Assembly: GCA_041495205.1 (NCBI GenBank)
Contig: JBGQCF010000002.1
Span: 17,097 to 81,096 of the forward strand
DNA from: Gammaproteobacteria bacterium
GTDB lineage: Bacteria > Pseudomonadota > Gammaproteobacteria > Burkholderiales > JAHFRG01
Length of the DNA: 64,000 bases
Direction: 5' to 3'
The translations under genes were made by a program, and so were the position numbers. The notes beneath the pieces were generated by a model that was not told the origin of the DNA, searched no databases, and saw only the letters and a list, made by a program, of their open reading frames with translations. Of this stretch, positions 12,116-29,023 are shown piece by piece. How positions within the stretch are numbered: the stretch's first letter is position 1; each line of letters opens with the position of its first letter.

Positions 12116-13723
12116 TTAGTCAAGGTAGGCGTACCCCGGCAGGGTGAAAAACTCGACAAAATCGTTATTGGCGGTGATTTCATCGAAAATCCCTCCGGCT
12201 TCTTCGTAGCGCCCGACCTCGGAGTATTGTTTCTCCCCGAGCTCTTGCCGGATTTTCGCGAGTTCCTGCGGCAAAAGCTCGCGGCACAGTTCCTGGGTAA
12301 CTTTGCGTCCGTCGTCCAGCACGCCTTTCGGACTCCTGATCCATTGCCAGATCTGCGAGCGTGCAATTTCAGCGGTGGCGGCGTCTTCCATGAGATTGTT
12401 GATCGGCACGCAGCCGACCCCGGCGAGCCACGAACCCAGGTATTGCAGGCCGACATTGATGTTCATGCGCAAGCCGAGTTCGGTGATCGGCTTTTCCGGG
12501 CCAAAGGCGAGGAGATCGGCAGCCTTAACCGCGACATCGTCGCGTTTCCTGTGAATCTGGTTGGGTGTCGGCATCACCGCGTCGAACGACGTCTTCGCCA
12601 CAGTTACCAGCTTGGGATGCGCAACCCAGGTGCCGTCGTAACCATCGCCCGCTTCCCGGTCTTTGTCCGCGCGCACCTTTGCCAGCGCGGCCTCGTTTGC
12701 CGCGGCATCGTTCTTAATCGGAATTTGCGCCGCCATGCCGCCCATGGCGTGGGTGACGCGCTTGTGGCAGGTCTTGATCAGCAGCAGTGCGTACGCGCGC
12801 ATAAACGGGCTGGTCATGGTGACATGGCTGCGGTCCGCGAGAATGAAGTTCGGGTCGTTGCGGAATTTCTTGATGCAGCTGAAGATGTAATCCCAGCGTC
12901 CGGCATTAAGTCCCGCCGAGTGCTCTCGCAGTTCGTAAAGAATTTCCTCCATCTCAAAGGCGGCAAGGATGGTTTCAATCAGCACCGTGGCCTTGATGCT
13001 GCCGCGAGGAATGCCCAGTTCGTCCTCCGCCAGGTTGAAAATGTCGTTCCACAGCCGCGCTTCCAGATGGCTTTCTATTTTCGGCAGGTAGAAGTACGCG
13101 CCGGTGTTGCGGGCCAGCAGTTGTTTGGCATTGTGAAAAAAGTAGAGCGCGAAATCGAAAATTGCGCCGGAAACCGGCTGGCCGTCGACCTGCACGTGCT
13201 TTTCCGGCAAGTGCCAACCGCGCGGCCTCACCATGAGAGTGGCGGTCCGGTTATCGAGTTTATATTGCTTGTCTTCGCTTGAGGCGTAACTGATGGTACG
13301 GCGTACCGCGTCGCGCAGGTTGACCTGTCCCTGAATGATGTTCTCCCAAGTGGGGCTGCAGGAATCCTCGAAATCAGCCATGAACACATTGGCGCCGGAA
13401 TTCAGCGCGTTGATAATCATCTTGCGCTCGACCGGTCCGGTGATCTCCACGCGGCGGTCCTGCAGGTCGCGCGGCGCTGGCGCGACGCTCCAGTCGCTTT
13501 CCCGGACATGCTTAGTCTGCAGCAGAAAATCCGGACGCTTGCCTGCATCGAATTCCGCCTGGCGGGCAACGCGCGCCTGCATCAGTTCACGGCGCCGGCC
13601 TTCAAATTTGCGTATCAATTTGGCCACAAAATCCAAGGCCTGCGGCGTGAGGATTTGTGCAAATTCGGGGGTGATTGTGCCGAGAACGGCAATGCCTTCC
13701 GCGTGGGCATGGAGGTGGCCCAT
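12116..13723 (-). CDS. aceB: malate synthase A
   Basis: 535 aa; the length and sequence look like A-type malate synthase; adjacent to isocitrate lyase. Confidence 0.9.
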   Translation of the reverse strand: MGHLHAHAEGIAVLGTITPEFAQILTPQALDFVAKLIRKFEGRRRELMQARVARQAEFDAGKRPDFLLQTKHVRESDWSVAPAPRDLQDRRVEITGPVERKMIINALNSGANVFMADFEDSCSPTWENIIQGQVNLRDAVRRTISYASSEDKQYKLDNRTATLMVRPRGWHLPEKHVQVDGQPVSGAIFDFALYFFHNAKQLLARNTGAYFYLPKIESHLEARLWNDIFNLAEDELGIPRGSIKATVLIETILAAFEMEEILYELREHSAGLNAGRWDYIFSCIKKFRNDPNFILADRSHVTMTSPFMRAYALLLIKTCHKRVTHAMGGMAAQIPIKNDAAANEAALAKVRADKDREAGDGYDGTWVAHPKLVTVAKTSFDAVMPTPNQIHRKRDDVAVKAADLLAFGPEKPITELGLRMNINVGLQYLGSWLAGVGCVPINNLMEDAATAEIARSQIWQWIRSPKGVLDDGRKVTQELCRELLPQELAKIRQELGEKQYSEVGRYEEAGGIFDEITANNDFVEFFTLPGYAYLD

Positions 13724-13841
13724 CGATATTCTCCTTGTAGTTTTGAAAGCTTTTAACGCAGAAAATTTGCCATCAAAAACGCCGCACGGGAACCACCCGC
13801 AGGCTGCGCGGGCGGGGCTGCGACGTTTCTTGAGACGGACT

Positions 13842-15119
13842 TTAGCCGAACTGCGCTTCTTCGGTGGACCCGGTAAGCGCAGTCACCGACGACTCGCCGC
13901 TGTGGATTACCTGAGTAACCTGATCGAAGTATCCGGTGCCGACTTCGCGCTGATGCTTGACTGCGGTAAAGCCCTGCGCGGCCGCGGCGAATTCCTTCTG
14001 TTGCATCTCAACGAACGCCGCCATGCCATGCTGCATATAGCCGTGCGCCAGTTCGAACATGCTGTAGTTGAGCGCATGGAAGCCTGCCAGGGTGATGAAC
14101 TGGAATTTGTAGCCCATAGCGCCGAGTTCACGCTGGAAGCGGGCGATGGTGGCATCGTCCAGGTTCTTCTTCCAGTTAAACGACGGCGAGCAGTTATAGG
14201 CCAGCAGCTTGTTCGGATACCGCTTGCGGATCGCTTCGGCGAATTTCTTGGCGAACTCCAGATCGGGAATGCCGGTTTCGCACCACAACAGGTCGGCATA
14301 AGGCGCATAGGCAAGGCCGCGGGAGACCGCTTGCTCCAGCCCGTTATTTACAACGTAGAAGCCCTCGGAAGTGCGTTCCCCGGTGATAAATGGCTTGTCA
14401 TTCGCGTCAACATCGGAGGTAAGCAGGTTCGCCCCTTCTGCGTCGGTGCGCGCGAACAGTACGGTTGGCACACCCGACATATCGGCGGCCAATCGCGCCG
14501 CGATCAGTTTCTGCACGGCTTCCTGAGTGGGCACCAGCACCTTGCCTCCCATGTGGCCGCATTTCTTGGCCGAGGCCAGCTGGTCTTCGTAGTGCACGCC
14601 CGCGGCGCCCGCTTCGATCATGGCTTTCATCAATTCAAACGCGTTAAGCACGCCGCCGAAACCCGCTTCGGCGTCGGCGACAATCGGCGCAAACCAATCG
14701 ATGTCGTCCTTGCCTTCGGCGTGATGCAACTGGTCGGCGCGCATGAACGTATTATTGATATGCTTTACCACCGCGGGCACGCTGTCCGCGGGATAGAGGG
14801 ATTGGTCGGGATACATCTGGCCCGCAAGGTTGGCATCCGCCGCTACCTGCCAGCCGGATAAATAGACGGCTTTCAGGCCGGCCTTTACCTGCTGCATGGC
14901 TTGATTGCCGGTAAGCGCGCCGAGCGCGTTCACATAAGGCTGCTCGTTGACCAGTTTCCACAGCTTTTCCGCGCCGCGCTTGGCGAGCGTATGTTCGATG
15001 TGCACGCTGCCACGCAAACGCTCCACATCTTCAGCTGTGTAGACGCGCTTGATGCCTTTCCAGCGCGGGTTTTCAGCCCATTCTTTTTTGATTCGTGCTA
15101 TTTCCAGATCATTGCTCAT
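13842..15119 (-). CDS. aceA: isocitrate lyase
   Basis: 425 aa; KKCGHMGGK catalytic motif. Confidence 0.93.
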   Translation of the reverse strand: MSNDLEIARIKKEWAENPRWKGIKRVYTAEDVERLRGSVHIEHTLAKRGAEKLWKLVNEQPYVNALGALTGNQAMQQVKAGLKAVYLSGWQVAADANLAGQMYPDQSLYPADSVPAVVKHINNTFMRADQLHHAEGKDDIDWFAPIVADAEAGFGGVLNAFELMKAMIEAGAAGVHYEDQLASAKKCGHMGGKVLVPTQEAVQKLIAARLAADMSGVPTVLFARTDAEGANLLTSDVDANDKPFITGERTSEGFYVVNNGLEQAVSRGLAYAPYADLLWCETGIPDLEFAKKFAEAIRKRYPNKLLAYNCSPSFNWKKNLDDATIARFQRELGAMGYKFQFITLAGFHALNYSMFELAHGYMQHGMAAFVEMQQKEFAAAAQGFTAVKHQREVGTGYFDQVTQVIHSGESSVTALTGSTEEAQFG

Positions 15120-15871
15120 GTAGTTTTCCCTAACTATAAATTTTTAGACAGGCTGGGAAATTTAGTTGCGAACGGCGCGAACCCCAGCTCCCATCATGCC
15201 GGTAGCATGACCTGCCGTCCCGGTCGGGTAAGCGGGTCATAACGATAAACCGGTATGTTGAAATAAATTGCGCGCGGGCAAAACCCCGTCGACAATTCGT
15301 TTCACGGGTAGCCAGAGATCGGGTCCGGCAAACCTGATGGGCTGTTGATGTGCTTAACATCGGCCCAAATTTACGCCGCCTGTGGCTTGGGCGAGCGTTT
15401 CGTGATGTTGCGGGGAGTATAGCACGGTAATTTTGAAAATGTATAATCTTTGTATGCGTTGCACCAGTATTTAGTAATACATTATTAATTAGAATATTAA
15501 ATTATAATTTCGCAATCATGTGGGGTATTTAAGGTTGTGAATAAAGGCTTTATTGTGCAGAGCAAAAAACAGTATTTTTTGACCGGGCCGAGTGAGAAAT
15601 CGATCAAACACAATTTTAATTGAGTACCGCTTCACTCACGGCACGCCGGTCGGAATAAACATAATGCATGTTTTATTCTTCCGATATTGGGTCCCATGTC
15701 AGCAACCGACCCGTGATAAAAATCCCGCTGCGCGGCGATCCCGGATATGCACGCGTGCCGACGCTAATGGGTAGAATGAAACCTCGCCAGGGCATTAAAA
15801 AATAATGTATTATATAAGATATAAGACCTGAGCGGAATCTTACACTCTATTCTTTTCGACGAGGGCTCCAC

Positions 15872-17128
<1,257 letters not shown>

Positions 17129-17148
17129 AAACTGAGCGCCGGAAATAA

Positions 17149-17178
17149 AAAAGCCCGCCAATCTGGCGGGCTTTGCAT
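17149..17178. terminator. hairpin terminator between convergent icd and csp
   Basis: AGCCCGCCA-ATC-TGGCGGGCT flanked by an A-run and a T-rich stretch. Confidence 0.75.
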
Positions 17179-17221
17179 TTGCAAGGTGCCGCGGCGCAAT
17201 CCTTGCCGAGGCACAAAATTT

Positions 17222-17428
17222 TTAGGACGTGGTCTGTATATTGGATGCTTGCTTGCCTTTTGGTCCTTGGGTTACTTCAAAGGACACTTTCTGCCCTTCT
17301 TTCAGAGTCTTAAACCCGTTCATGTTGATCGCGGAGAAATGCGCAAACAAATCTTCGCTGCCATCATCGGGAGTAATAAACCCATACCCTTTTGAATCGT
17401 TAAACCACTTAACTGTACCAGTTGCCAT
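17222..17428 (-). CDS. cold-shock protein, CspA family
   Basis: 68 aa; [15 protein letters not shown] with RNP1 and RNP2 motifs; about 240 nt of untranslated upstream region. Confidence 0.93.
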   Translation of the reverse strand: MATGTVKWFNDSKGYGFITPDDGSEDLFAHFSAINMNGFKTLKEGQKVSFEVTQGPKGKQASNIQTTS

Positions 17429-17674
17429 ATTGCTTCCTTGAAAAAAATTAACGGGCTCAAACCCGAACGCTGTTTGAGAATCAAGACCGCAAACGGTTTA
17501 ACCGGTACTGCAGCTAACTTGAAGCCAAACATCCGAATCTGCCTTTTACGCCAATTCAAGCGCCTAAGTCAAGGGTTTGGGTAAAATATTTTTGGGGTGC
17601 ACTTGAAAGGATACGGGCAATCGGCATACATTATTAATTAGTGGGCAGATGATGGAAAGCGCTTTAAACTACTA

Positions 17675-17983
17675 ATGGCTACCCGGCAACGCGAAGACAC
17701 GGTACTGGAGGCAAAGAAAAGCAAACTCAAGCCTCCCGCGATGTTCAAGGTTGTGCTGCTCAACGACGACTACACGCCTATGGATTTTGTGGTTGCGGTG
17801 CTGCAGACGATTTTTATGATGAACCGTGAACAGGCCACTCAAATCATGCTCAAAGTACATCGGGAAGGCATGGGGGTGTGCGGCGTCTATCCCAAGGACG
17901 TCGCTGCGACCAAAGTCGAACAGGTGGTGTCGTTTGCCAAGCAGCACCAGCATCCGCTGCAGTGCGTTATGGAACAAACGTGA
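17675..17983 (+). CDS. clpS: ATP-dependent Clp protease adaptor ClpS
   Basis: 102 aa; [17 protein letters not shown] motif; precedes clpA. Confidence 0.92.
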   Translation: MATRQREDTVLEAKKSKLKPPAMFKVVLLNDDYTPMDFVVAVLQTIFMMNREQATQIMLKVHREGMGVCGVYPKDVAATKVEQVVSFAKQHQHPLQCVMEQT

Positions 17984-17996
17984 TGAGGAAAGTTGA

Positions 17997-20252
17997 ATGA
18001 TAGCTCAAGAACTCGAAGTCAGCCTTCACATGGCGTTCATGGAAGCACGCCAGAAGCGTCACGAGTTTATCACCGTGGAACACCTGCTGTTGGCGTTGCT
18101 CGACAACCTGACGGCTTCAGAAGTATTGCGGGCGTGCGCGGTCAACATTGAAGACCTGCGCAAAGTGCTGAGTGATTTCGTTGTCGAGCACACCCCGAAA
18201 GTAAGCGGCGAGGTGGATACCCAACCTACTTTAGGCTTCCAGCGCGTGATTCAGCGCGCCATCCTCCATGTGCAGTCCTCCGGCAAAAAGGAAGTCACCG
18301 GCGCCAATGTGCTGGTGGCGATTTTTGGCGAAAAGGATTCGCACGCGGTGTACTTCCTGCACCAGAAGGGGATTACCCGCCTCGATGTGGTTAACTACAT
18401 CTCCCATGGCATCACCAAAGTGCCGCAAGGCACCTCGGCGAACAAGGCGGAAAGCGAGGCTGATACCGAGCAGGAGTCGAGTCCGGGAGGGGCGCTTGAA
18501 AACTATACGATGAACCTGAACGCCTTGGCACTGGCGGGCAAGATTGATCCTTTGATTGGACGCGAGCGCGAGCTTGAGCGCGTAGTGCAGACCCTGTGCC
18601 GGCGCCGCAAGAACAACCCGCTCTTGGTGGGCGAAGCGGGTGTGGGCAAGACCGCGATTGCCGAAGGCCTGTCCCGGCGCATCGTGGAAGGCGATGTGCC
18701 CGAGGTGCTGAAGCACAGCCAGGTCTATGCGCTGGATATGGGCGCGCTGCTTGCCGGCACCAAGTACCGCGGCGATTTCGAGCAGCGCCTGAAAGCGGTG
18801 TTGAAACAGCTTTTGGACAATCCCAACGCCATTCTCTTCATCGACGAGATTCATACCCTGATTGGCGCGGGCGCGGCTTCAGGCGGCACGCTGGACGCTT
18901 CCAACCTGCTTAAACCGGCGTTGAACCAGGGGCAGCTGAAATGCATTGGCGCCACCACTTACAACGAATACCGCGGGGTTTTCGAAAAAGACCATGCGCT
19001 GTCGCGCCGCTTCCAGAAAATCGACGTGGTGGAGCCGAGCATTGATGAGACCGTGGCTATCCTGCGCGGGCTGAAATCGCGTTTTGAATCACACCACGGG
19101 GTGAAATACACCGCCGCCGCGCTCAGCAGCGCTGCGGAACTGTCGGCGCGCTATATCAATGACCGCCATCTGCCGGACAAGGCGATAGATGTGATTGACG
19201 AAGCCGGGGCGGCGCAGAAAATCCTGCCCAAGTCCAAACAGAAAAAGGTCATCAGCAAGCATGAGATCGAGGAAATCATCGCTAAAATTGCGCGCATCCC
19301 GCCGCAGCATGTGTCCACCGATGACCGCACCGCGCTAAGAAACCTCGATCGCGATTTGAAAGCGGTGGTATTCGGCCAGGACCGGGCGATAGACGCGCTC
19401 GCCGCCGCGATCAAGAGTGCGCGGAGCGGCCTTAGCAATCCGCAAAAGCCGATCGGTTCGTTCCTGTTCTCCGGCCCGACCGGAGTGGGCAAGACCGAGG
19501 TAGCGCGCCAGCTTGCTTATATCATGGGTGTTGAGTTGATCCGCTTCGATATGTCCGAATATATGGAACGGCATGCGGTGTCGCGCCTGATCGGCGCCCC
19601 GCCCGGCTATGTGGGATTTGACCAAGGCGGTTTGCTTACGGAGGCGATTACCAAGCATCCTTACTCGGTGCTGCTGTTGGATGAAATCGAGAAAGCCCAT
19701 CCCGACATTTTCAACATCCTGTTGCAGGTGATGGACCATGGCACGCTCACCGACAACAACGGGCGCAAGGCCGATTTCCGCAACGTGATGATCGTCATGA
19801 CCACCAACGCCGGAGCGGAATCGCTCTCCAAGACTGCCATCGGTTTTACCCCCGGAAAGCACGCTGGAGATGAAATGGTGGAAATCAAGCGCCTGTTTAC
19901 TCCAGAATTCAGGAACCGGCTTGATGCCACCATCTCGTTTGCCGCGCTTGACCATGAGGTGATTCTCAGGGTGGTGGATAAATTCCTGATGCAGCTTGAA
20001 GAGCAGTTGCAGGAGAAGAAAGTTGACGCGCACTTTACCGACGCGCTGAAGAGTTACCTGGCCAAACGCGGTTTCGATCCGGTGATGGGTGCGCGCCCCA
20101 TGGCCAGGCTGATCCAGGACACGATCCGCAGCGCGCTTGCCGATGAACTGCTGTTCGGCAAGCTGGCCAATGGCGGTAAGGTGACGGTCGATCTTGACGA
20201 CCAGGAAAAAATACGCCTGGTTTTTGCCGATCAAGCCGAAAGCGTCGTTTAG
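17997..20252 (+). CDS. clpA: ATP-dependent Clp protease ATP-binding subunit ClpA
   Basis: 751 aa; two AAA+ modules (GEAGVGKT and GPTGVGKT). Confidence 0.93.
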   Translation: MIAQELEVSLHMAFMEARQKRHEFITVEHLLLALLDNLTASEVLRACAVNIEDLRKVLSDFVVEHTPKVSGEVDTQPTLGFQRVIQRAILHVQSSGKKEVTGANVLVAIFGEKDSHAVYFLHQKGITRLDVVNYISHGITKVPQGTSANKAESEADTEQESSPGGALENYTMNLNALALAGKIDPLIGRERELERVVQTLCRRRKNNPLLVGEAGVGKTAIAEGLSRRIVEGDVPEVLKHSQVYALDMGALLAGTKYRGDFEQRLKAVLKQLLDNPNAILFIDEIHTLIGAGAASGGTLDASNLLKPALNQGQLKCIGATTYNEYRGVFEKDHALSRRFQKIDVVEPSIDETVAILRGLKSRFESHHGVKYTAAALSSAAELSARYINDRHLPDKAIDVIDEAGAAQKILPKSKQKKVISKHEIEEIIAKIARIPPQHVSTDDRTALRNLDRDLKAVVFGQDRAIDALAAAIKSARSGLSNPQKPIGSFLFSGPTGVGKTEVARQLAYIMGVELIRFDMSEYMERHAVSRLIGAPPGYVGFDQGGLLTEAITKHPYSVLLLDEIEKAHPDIFNILLQVMDHGTLTDNNGRKADFRNVMIVMTTNAGAESLSKTAIGFTPGKHAGDEMVEIKRLFTPEFRNRLDATISFAALDHEVILRVVDKFLMQLEEQLQEKKVDAHFTDALKSYLAKRGFDPVMGARPMARLIQDTIRSALADELLFGKLANGGKVTVDLDDQEKIRLVFADQAESVV

Positions 20253-20442
20253 TCTGGGGTCCTATCGAATAGCCCGTCCCAAGTTTACCGCGCGCTGCGG
20301 CAATTAGCCTTGGACCGGAGAAGAAAACCACGCTGGCGGTGGAAGGCGGCGTCGGGTTGTCTCATGCGTCTACCGAACTCGAGCGACAGTACGGCTGGGG
20401 GTGGGCACAGAGTATTCGGGCCGATCTGTTGGCCTGAAAGGC

Positions 20443-21570
20443 TTAGCGCTTGAACGGGCTGTGCTCAGTGAGCTCATCAATATAGTGCGTGATGCCGCGG
20501 GTCTCCTGGCCCAAATATTTTTCTATGGCTTGCGCGAATTGCGGGTGGGCCAGCCAATGCGCTGACCAGGTTCTTACCGGCAGGAAGCCGCGCGCGAGCT
20601 TGTGTTCTCCTTGCGCGCCACCTTCGAAATAACGCAGCCCACGCGCGATGCAAAATTCGATCGCCTGGTAATAGCAGGTTTCGAAATGCAGCCCCGGCAC
20701 AAACTCCATTGCCCCCCAATAGCGCCCGTATAAGCGCTCCTGGTTGTGGAAATTAAGTGCAGCAGCCAGCGGCACGCCTTCCCGCCGCGCCACAATCAAC
20801 AACATATGCTGCGGGAGGGTTTCCCCGAGCCGCATGAAAAATTCCAGATTGAGATAGGGCGTGGAGTAGTGCTCGCGGTAAGTGTGGTTATAACAAGCGG
20901 TGAAAAATCTCCAATGTGCTTCAGTGATGGCAGTGCCTTCCAGCCATTCGCAGGTGATTCCGGCATCCTGCACTTTACTTCGCTCGTGCCGGATGTTCTT
21001 TCTTTTGTGATGGCTGAGCCTCTCGAGAAAGCCGGCAAAATCGCGGTAGCCGTGGTTTTCCCAGTGAAACTGCACCCCCTCTCTCAATAGCAGGCCATGC
21101 GATTGCAATTGTTGCGCCTCTGCATCCTGCGGAAACAAGCAATGCAGCGAAGATGCGCCCGATTGCTGCGCGAACTCCAGAGCCGCACTCAGCATCAGCG
21201 ATTTTTGCTCGGGCGTTTTTGCCAACAGTCGTTTGCCGGTAATAGGCGTGAACGGCACCGCGCAAAGCAGCTTGGGGTAATAACGATGTCCGAAACGCCG
21301 GTACGCATCCGCCCAGTCCCAATCGAAAACATATTCGCCGTAGGAGTGTGCTTTCAGGTAGAGCGGCATGGCGCCCACCAATCCGCCGTTTTGCCACAGC
21401 GTTATAAATCGCGGAGTCCAGCCGGTTTGCGGACAGGCACAGCCGGTCTCGTGCAGCGCGCTGAAGAATTCATGGCGCAGGAAGGGAGCATCGCCGGCAA
21501 GCTCATTCCAGCTTTGCGCCGGAATTTCACTGAGCGTTTCAACAACCTTGATTTGGTATGAGTGGTCCAT
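20443..21570 (-). CDS. GNAT/FemAB-like acyltransferase (DUF482-type)
   Basis: 375 aa; family assignment from memory of the N-terminal FLRHEFFSALHETG pattern. Confidence 0.6.
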   Translation of the reverse strand: MDHSYQIKVVETLSEIPAQSWNELAGDAPFLRHEFFSALHETGCACPQTGWTPRFITLWQNGGLVGAMPLYLKAHSYGEYVFDWDWADAYRRFGHRYYPKLLCAVPFTPITGKRLLAKTPEQKSLMLSAALEFAQQSGASSLHCLFPQDAEAQQLQSHGLLLREGVQFHWENHGYRDFAGFLERLSHHKRKNIRHERSKVQDAGITCEWLEGTAITEAHWRFFTACYNHTYREHYSTPYLNLEFFMRLGETLPQHMLLIVARREGVPLAAALNFHNQERLYGRYWGAMEFVPGLHFETCYYQAIEFCIARGLRYFEGGAQGEHKLARGFLPVRTWSAHWLAHPQFAQAIEKYLGQETRGITHYIDELTEHSPFKR

Positions 21571-21679
21571 GCTGCTTTAAACCAACGTATGCTAGACCCA
21601 TGCCGAATCATTTGCTGGCGCGCTGATATTGTGGCGGCTCAGTTCGGGTGGCGCAAGCAAAAAATGTTATATTGATGCG

Positions 21680-23703
<2,024 letters not shown>

Positions 23704-23768
23704 TGGGTTGAGCGTTCGGAGTTCAGTGTTGAGTGTTTGTTTTTTTCTTGCTCGGCCAAGCTCAACTC

Positions 23769-25351
<1,583 letters not shown>

Positions 25352-25478
25352 TCAACCAACGCGGCTTCTAGACGCAATCTAAAACGTTTGCGCGAATTTA
25401 GCAGTAATAGACAACCCTGTCGAGTAACCCTAAGAAGAACGGTATATTTTCTCCTCGTATATTGTCCTATAATCATGA

Positions 25479-25754
25479 GGGAACCTCTGATTAAGTCCTC
25501 CACGGATTGCGTTGCCGGCAAAATGCAGATGGATGCAAGGCGCACGACGAAGGTCGTAGCTAGGACTACGACACCGAGGAGTGCAACGCCGCAGACGCCG
25601 CATTTTGCCGCAACCCGGAGGGACGGTGCTTTCCGGGCTGCCTGCTTTGTCGCTCGGCTTGCCAAGGGGAATAACCCTTGGCTGCGCCTCGCTTCGCGCA
25701 CTCCATCCCGGAAAACCACCGTCGCAACCGCGTGGGACTTAATCAGAGGTTCCC
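25479..25754 (+). mobile_element. 275-bp TIR-bounded structured repeat, copy A (MITE-like or structured ncRNA)
   Basis: Termini GGGAACCTCTGATTAAGTCC and GGACTTAATCAGAGGTTCCC. Internal long stems (GGCAAAATGC/GCATTTTGCC, GTCGTAG/CTACGAC, CCAAGGG/CCCTTGG). Roughly 88% identical by eye to the reverse complement of 47437-47710. Confidence 0.8.
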
Positions 25755-25825
25755 TAGCGTATGATTCAATCTCGGGGAGGATTGATGATGGGCACCATCG
25801 CGGGGGCTGTCGGCGGGTTAAGCTC

Positions 25826-26509
25826 ATGAATACCTCAATGAACGAACTGCTGGAAAACGTGGTGTTGTTTTCCGGCTTGCAGGAGGAAGAGCTCCAGGCG
25901 ATGCTACGCGTTGCGGTGGCGAAGAACTATGCCAAGCACGCCATCATTTTGCGCGAGGGTGACAAGACCGATGCGCTTTACATCATCGCTTCGGGCAAGG
26001 TGAAGGTGATGTTAAGTACTGGCGGCGGCAAAGAAGTCATTTTGGCCATATTGGGCAAAAGCGAGTTCTTCGGAGAAATGGCGCTTCTTGATGAACAGCC
26101 TCGCTCGGCCGATGTCGTAGCCATGGAACCTACGCAATTGTTGGTGATCTCGAAGACGGATTTCATAAACTGCCTTGCGCACAACCCGCAAATGTCCTTC
26201 AGGATCATGCAAGGCCTGATACAAAGGCTGCGCAGCGCGGATAGAAAAATTCAAAGTCTGGCGCTGATGGATGTCTACGGCAGGGTAGCGCGAACCCTGC
26301 TTGAGCTTGCCAAGCCGGAAGGCGGCAGGCTGGTGGTTGGCGAAAAACTCTCGCAACAGGACCTTGCCGACATGATAGGCGCCTCGCGCGAAATGGTGAG
26401 CCGCATCCTGAAAGACCTCTCGCTCTCGGGGCATATCCACTTTGAAGGCAGAAAAATCATAGTAAATCAGGATTTGCCCGGGAAGCTGGCAAACGCCTCA
26501 AAAATGTGA
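25826..26509 (+). CDS. Crp/Vfr-type cyclic-nucleotide-binding transcription regulator (no Fe-S cysteines)
   Basis: 227 aa from MNTSMNELLENVVLFSGL; cNMP domain (FFGEMALLD...RSADV) plus C-terminal HTH (REMVSRILKDL). The upstream part of ORF 25388.. is read-through of the repeat element. Confidence 0.85.
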   Translation: MNTSMNELLENVVLFSGLQEEELQAMLRVAVAKNYAKHAIILREGDKTDALYIIASGKVKVMLSTGGGKEVILAILGKSEFFGEMALLDEQPRSADVVAMEPTQLLVISKTDFINCLAHNPQMSFRIMQGLIQRLRSADRKIQSLALMDVYGRVARTLLELAKPEGGRLVVGEKLSQQDLADMIGASREMVSRILKDLSLSGHIHFEGRKIIVNQDLPGKLANASKM

Positions 26510-26689
26510 CAGGAGTGCGCTGTGTTGGCGCTCATATCCATCCCGATGGTTTGAGCGGGGTTTTAATCAGGCCGCCCCCGTTTTTCAAGGAGGGGCTGTT
26601 TTATATGCAAAGCAGGCGGCATAAATAACCCATCGTTGCGCCTTCAACTTGATATAATCAAAGCTGCAAGTTGAGTTCGCAAGGCAACG

Positions 26690-28999
26690 ATGCTTTCCCC
26701 TTACAACAAATCCAAATCCGACGCGCGCAAACCGCTGCCGCCCAAGCTCGCGGCGCTGCTGCGCGAATCGTGGTGGCTGGCCTTGGTCGCGGTGGCGCTG
26801 TATGTGGCGCTGGTGCTGGTAAGCTACGATAAACTTGATCCCGCCTGGTCGCACTCGAGCAGTGTCACCGAGGTGCACAACCTGGGGGGCCATGTCGGCG
26901 CGTGGCTTGCCGATATTCTGCTCTATGTTTTCGGAATATCCGCTTACTGGTGGGCAGTGTTTTTTCTGTTCGCCACCTGGTGGGGCTATAAGCGCATCGA
27001 CAGCGTGAATCTCAGCGACCGCCGCTCGTTTTTCATTGCCGCCTGCGGTTTTGTCATCCTGCTTATTGCCAGCAGCGGGATGGAAGCGCTGCGCTTTTAC
27101 AGTATCAACGCGGTGCTGCCGCTTGCACCCGGCGGCATGCTGGGCTCCATCATCAGCAAAACGGCGGTTAACGCCTTGGGATTTATCGGTGGTACGCTGA
27201 TTTTGCTGATGCTGATGGCCATTGGCATCACTCTGTTCAGCGGTCTTTCCTGGGTCAAGCTGTTTGAACGTCTCGGCGGTTTTATCGAAGACAGCTACCT
27301 GCTCGTGATTCGTTCCTGGCGGAACTGGCGGGATAATCGCGAAGGTAAAGTGGCGTTGAGCCGGCGCGAGGAATTCGTGGAGGTAGAAAGAAAGCGCTTC
27401 GAAGATCACGAGCCGATACATATCGAGCCGCCGGTTGCCGAGATCCTCAAATCGGCGCGCGAGGAGCGCGAAAAGCAGGTGCCGTTGTTCGAGGACTTGC
27501 CGGACACGCCGTTGCCGCCGTTGCATCTGCTCGATAAGCCGGGCGAGGATGTCGCGGCGCTTTCCCCCGAGACGCTGGAATTCACTTCGCGGCTCATCGA
27601 GAAAAAGCTGATGGACTTCGGGGTGGAGGTGAAGGTAATGGCAGCTTACCCGGGCCCTGTGATCACGCGCTACGAAATCGAGCCCGCAGTCGGAGTGAAA
27701 GGCAGCCAGATCGTGAATCTGGTGAAAGACCTCGCGCGCGCGCTGTCGGTGGTGAGTATCCGGGTGGTGGAAACAATTCCCGGCAAGGCCTGCATGGGAT
27801 TGGAAGTTCCCAATCCAGATCGGCGGGTGGTGCGGCTTTCGGAAATCCTGAGCTCTCAGGCGTACGCCGATATGACTTCACCGCTTACGCTTGCATTGGG
27901 TAAAGATATCGGCGGGCATCCGGTGGTAGCCGATCTCGCCAGGATGCCGCATATCCTGGTCGCGGGCACTACCGGCTCGGGCAAATCGGTGGCAATCAAC
28001 GCCATGATTCTGAGCCTGCTGTACAAGGCTTCGCCGGCGCAGGTGCGGCTGATACTGATTGACCCCAAGATGCTGGAACTTTCGGTATATGAAGGCATCC
28101 CACATTTGCTCGCGCCAGTAGTGACCGATATGAAGCAGGCGGCCAATGCGCTCAACTGGTGCGCGGGAGAAATGAACCGGCGTTTCCGCTTGATGTCGAG
28201 CCTGGGAGCACGCAACCTTGCCGGATACAACCAGAAAATCCGCGACGCGCAAAAGGCCGGCACACCGCTCAGCCATCCTTTCAGCGTGACTCCGGACAAC
28301 CCCGAGCCGCTGGAGCAGATGCCGCTAATCGTGTTGGTGATAGACGAATTGGCAGACCTGATGATGGTGGTGGGCAGGAAAGTCGAAGAGTTGATCACGC
28401 GGATTGCGCAAAAAGCGCGCGCCGCCGGTGTGCATTTAATATTGGCAACGCAGAGGCCTTCAGTGGATGTGATTACCGGGCTTATCAAAGCGAACATTCC
28501 GAGCCGCATCGCGTTCCAGGTGTCGGCCAAGGTGGATTCGCGCACCATACTTGACCAGGTGGGCGCGGAGGCGCTGCTCGGCCAAGGCGACATGCTGTAT
28601 CTGCCGCCGGGAATGGGCTATCCACAGCGCGTGCACGGCGCATTTGTCTCGGACCCGGAAATGCACAGAGTGGTGAATTATCTGAAAGGCCTGGGCGCGC
28701 CTCAGTATGTTGAAGAAGTGCTGGAAAGCCACGAACCGGAAATACCCGACGAGGCGCTTGACCCCGACGCGGAGTTCGATCCGCTTTATGATGAAGCCGT
28801 GACAATCGTTTTAAAATCGCGCCGCGCCTCGATTTCGCTGGTGCAGCGGCACTTGCGAATCGGCTATAACCGCGCGGCGCGTTTGATCGAACAGATGGAG
28901 CGGGCGGGGCTTGTTTCCAGCATGCAGAGCAACGGCAACAGGGAGGTATTGGCGCCGGCGGGGGATACGGGCTATTTGCCGCGCAAGCCAGCGTATTGA
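26690..28999 (+). CDS. ftsK: DNA translocase FtsK
   Basis: 769 aa; N-terminal TM segments, Walker [10 protein letters not shown]-terminal gamma winged helix. Confidence 0.93.
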   Translation: MLSPYNKSKSDARKPLPPKLAALLRESWWLALVAVALYVALVLVSYDKLDPAWSHSSSVTEVHNLGGHVGAWLADILLYVFGISAYWWAVFFLFATWWGYKRIDSVNLSDRRSFFIAACGFVILLIASSGMEALRFYSINAVLPLAPGGMLGSIISKTAVNALGFIGGTLILLMLMAIGITLFSGLSWVKLFERLGGFIEDSYLLVIRSWRNWRDNREGKVALSRREEFVEVERKRFEDHEPIHIEPPVAEILKSAREEREKQVPLFEDLPDTPLPPLHLLDKPGEDVAALSPETLEFTSRLIEKKLMDFGVEVKVMAAYPGPVITRYEIEPAVGVKGSQIVNLVKDLARALSVVSIRVVETIPGKACMGLEVPNPDRRVVRLSEILSSQAYADMTSPLTLALGKDIGGHPVVADLARMPHILVAGTTGSGKSVAINAMILSLLYKASPAQVRLILIDPKMLELSVYEGIPHLLAPVVTDMKQAANALNWCAGEMNRRFRLMSSLGARNLAGYNQKIRDAQKAGTPLSHPFSVTPDNPEPLEQMPLIVLVIDELADLMMVVGRKVEELITRIAQKARAAGVHLILATQRPSVDVITGLIKANIPSRIAFQVSAKVDSRTILDQVGAEALLGQGDMLYLPPGMGYPQRVHGAFVSDPEMHRVVNYLKGLGAPQYVEEVLESHEPEIPDEALDPDAEFDPLYDEAVTIVLKSRRASISLVQRHLRIGYNRAARLIEQMERAGLVSSMQSNGNREVLAPAGDTGYLPRKPAY

Positions 29000-29023
29000 G
29001 TCATCGCACGGTTATGATACGGG

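Noticed and set aside
15478-15493. A 16-nt exact match, ATACATTATTAATTAG, in the aceA/icd region and again at 17625-17640 upstream of clpS.
   Set aside because: About one chance 16-mer match is expected in a 64-kb window when both strands are considered. Both sites are AT-rich promoter DNA. This is not enough to call a shared operator.
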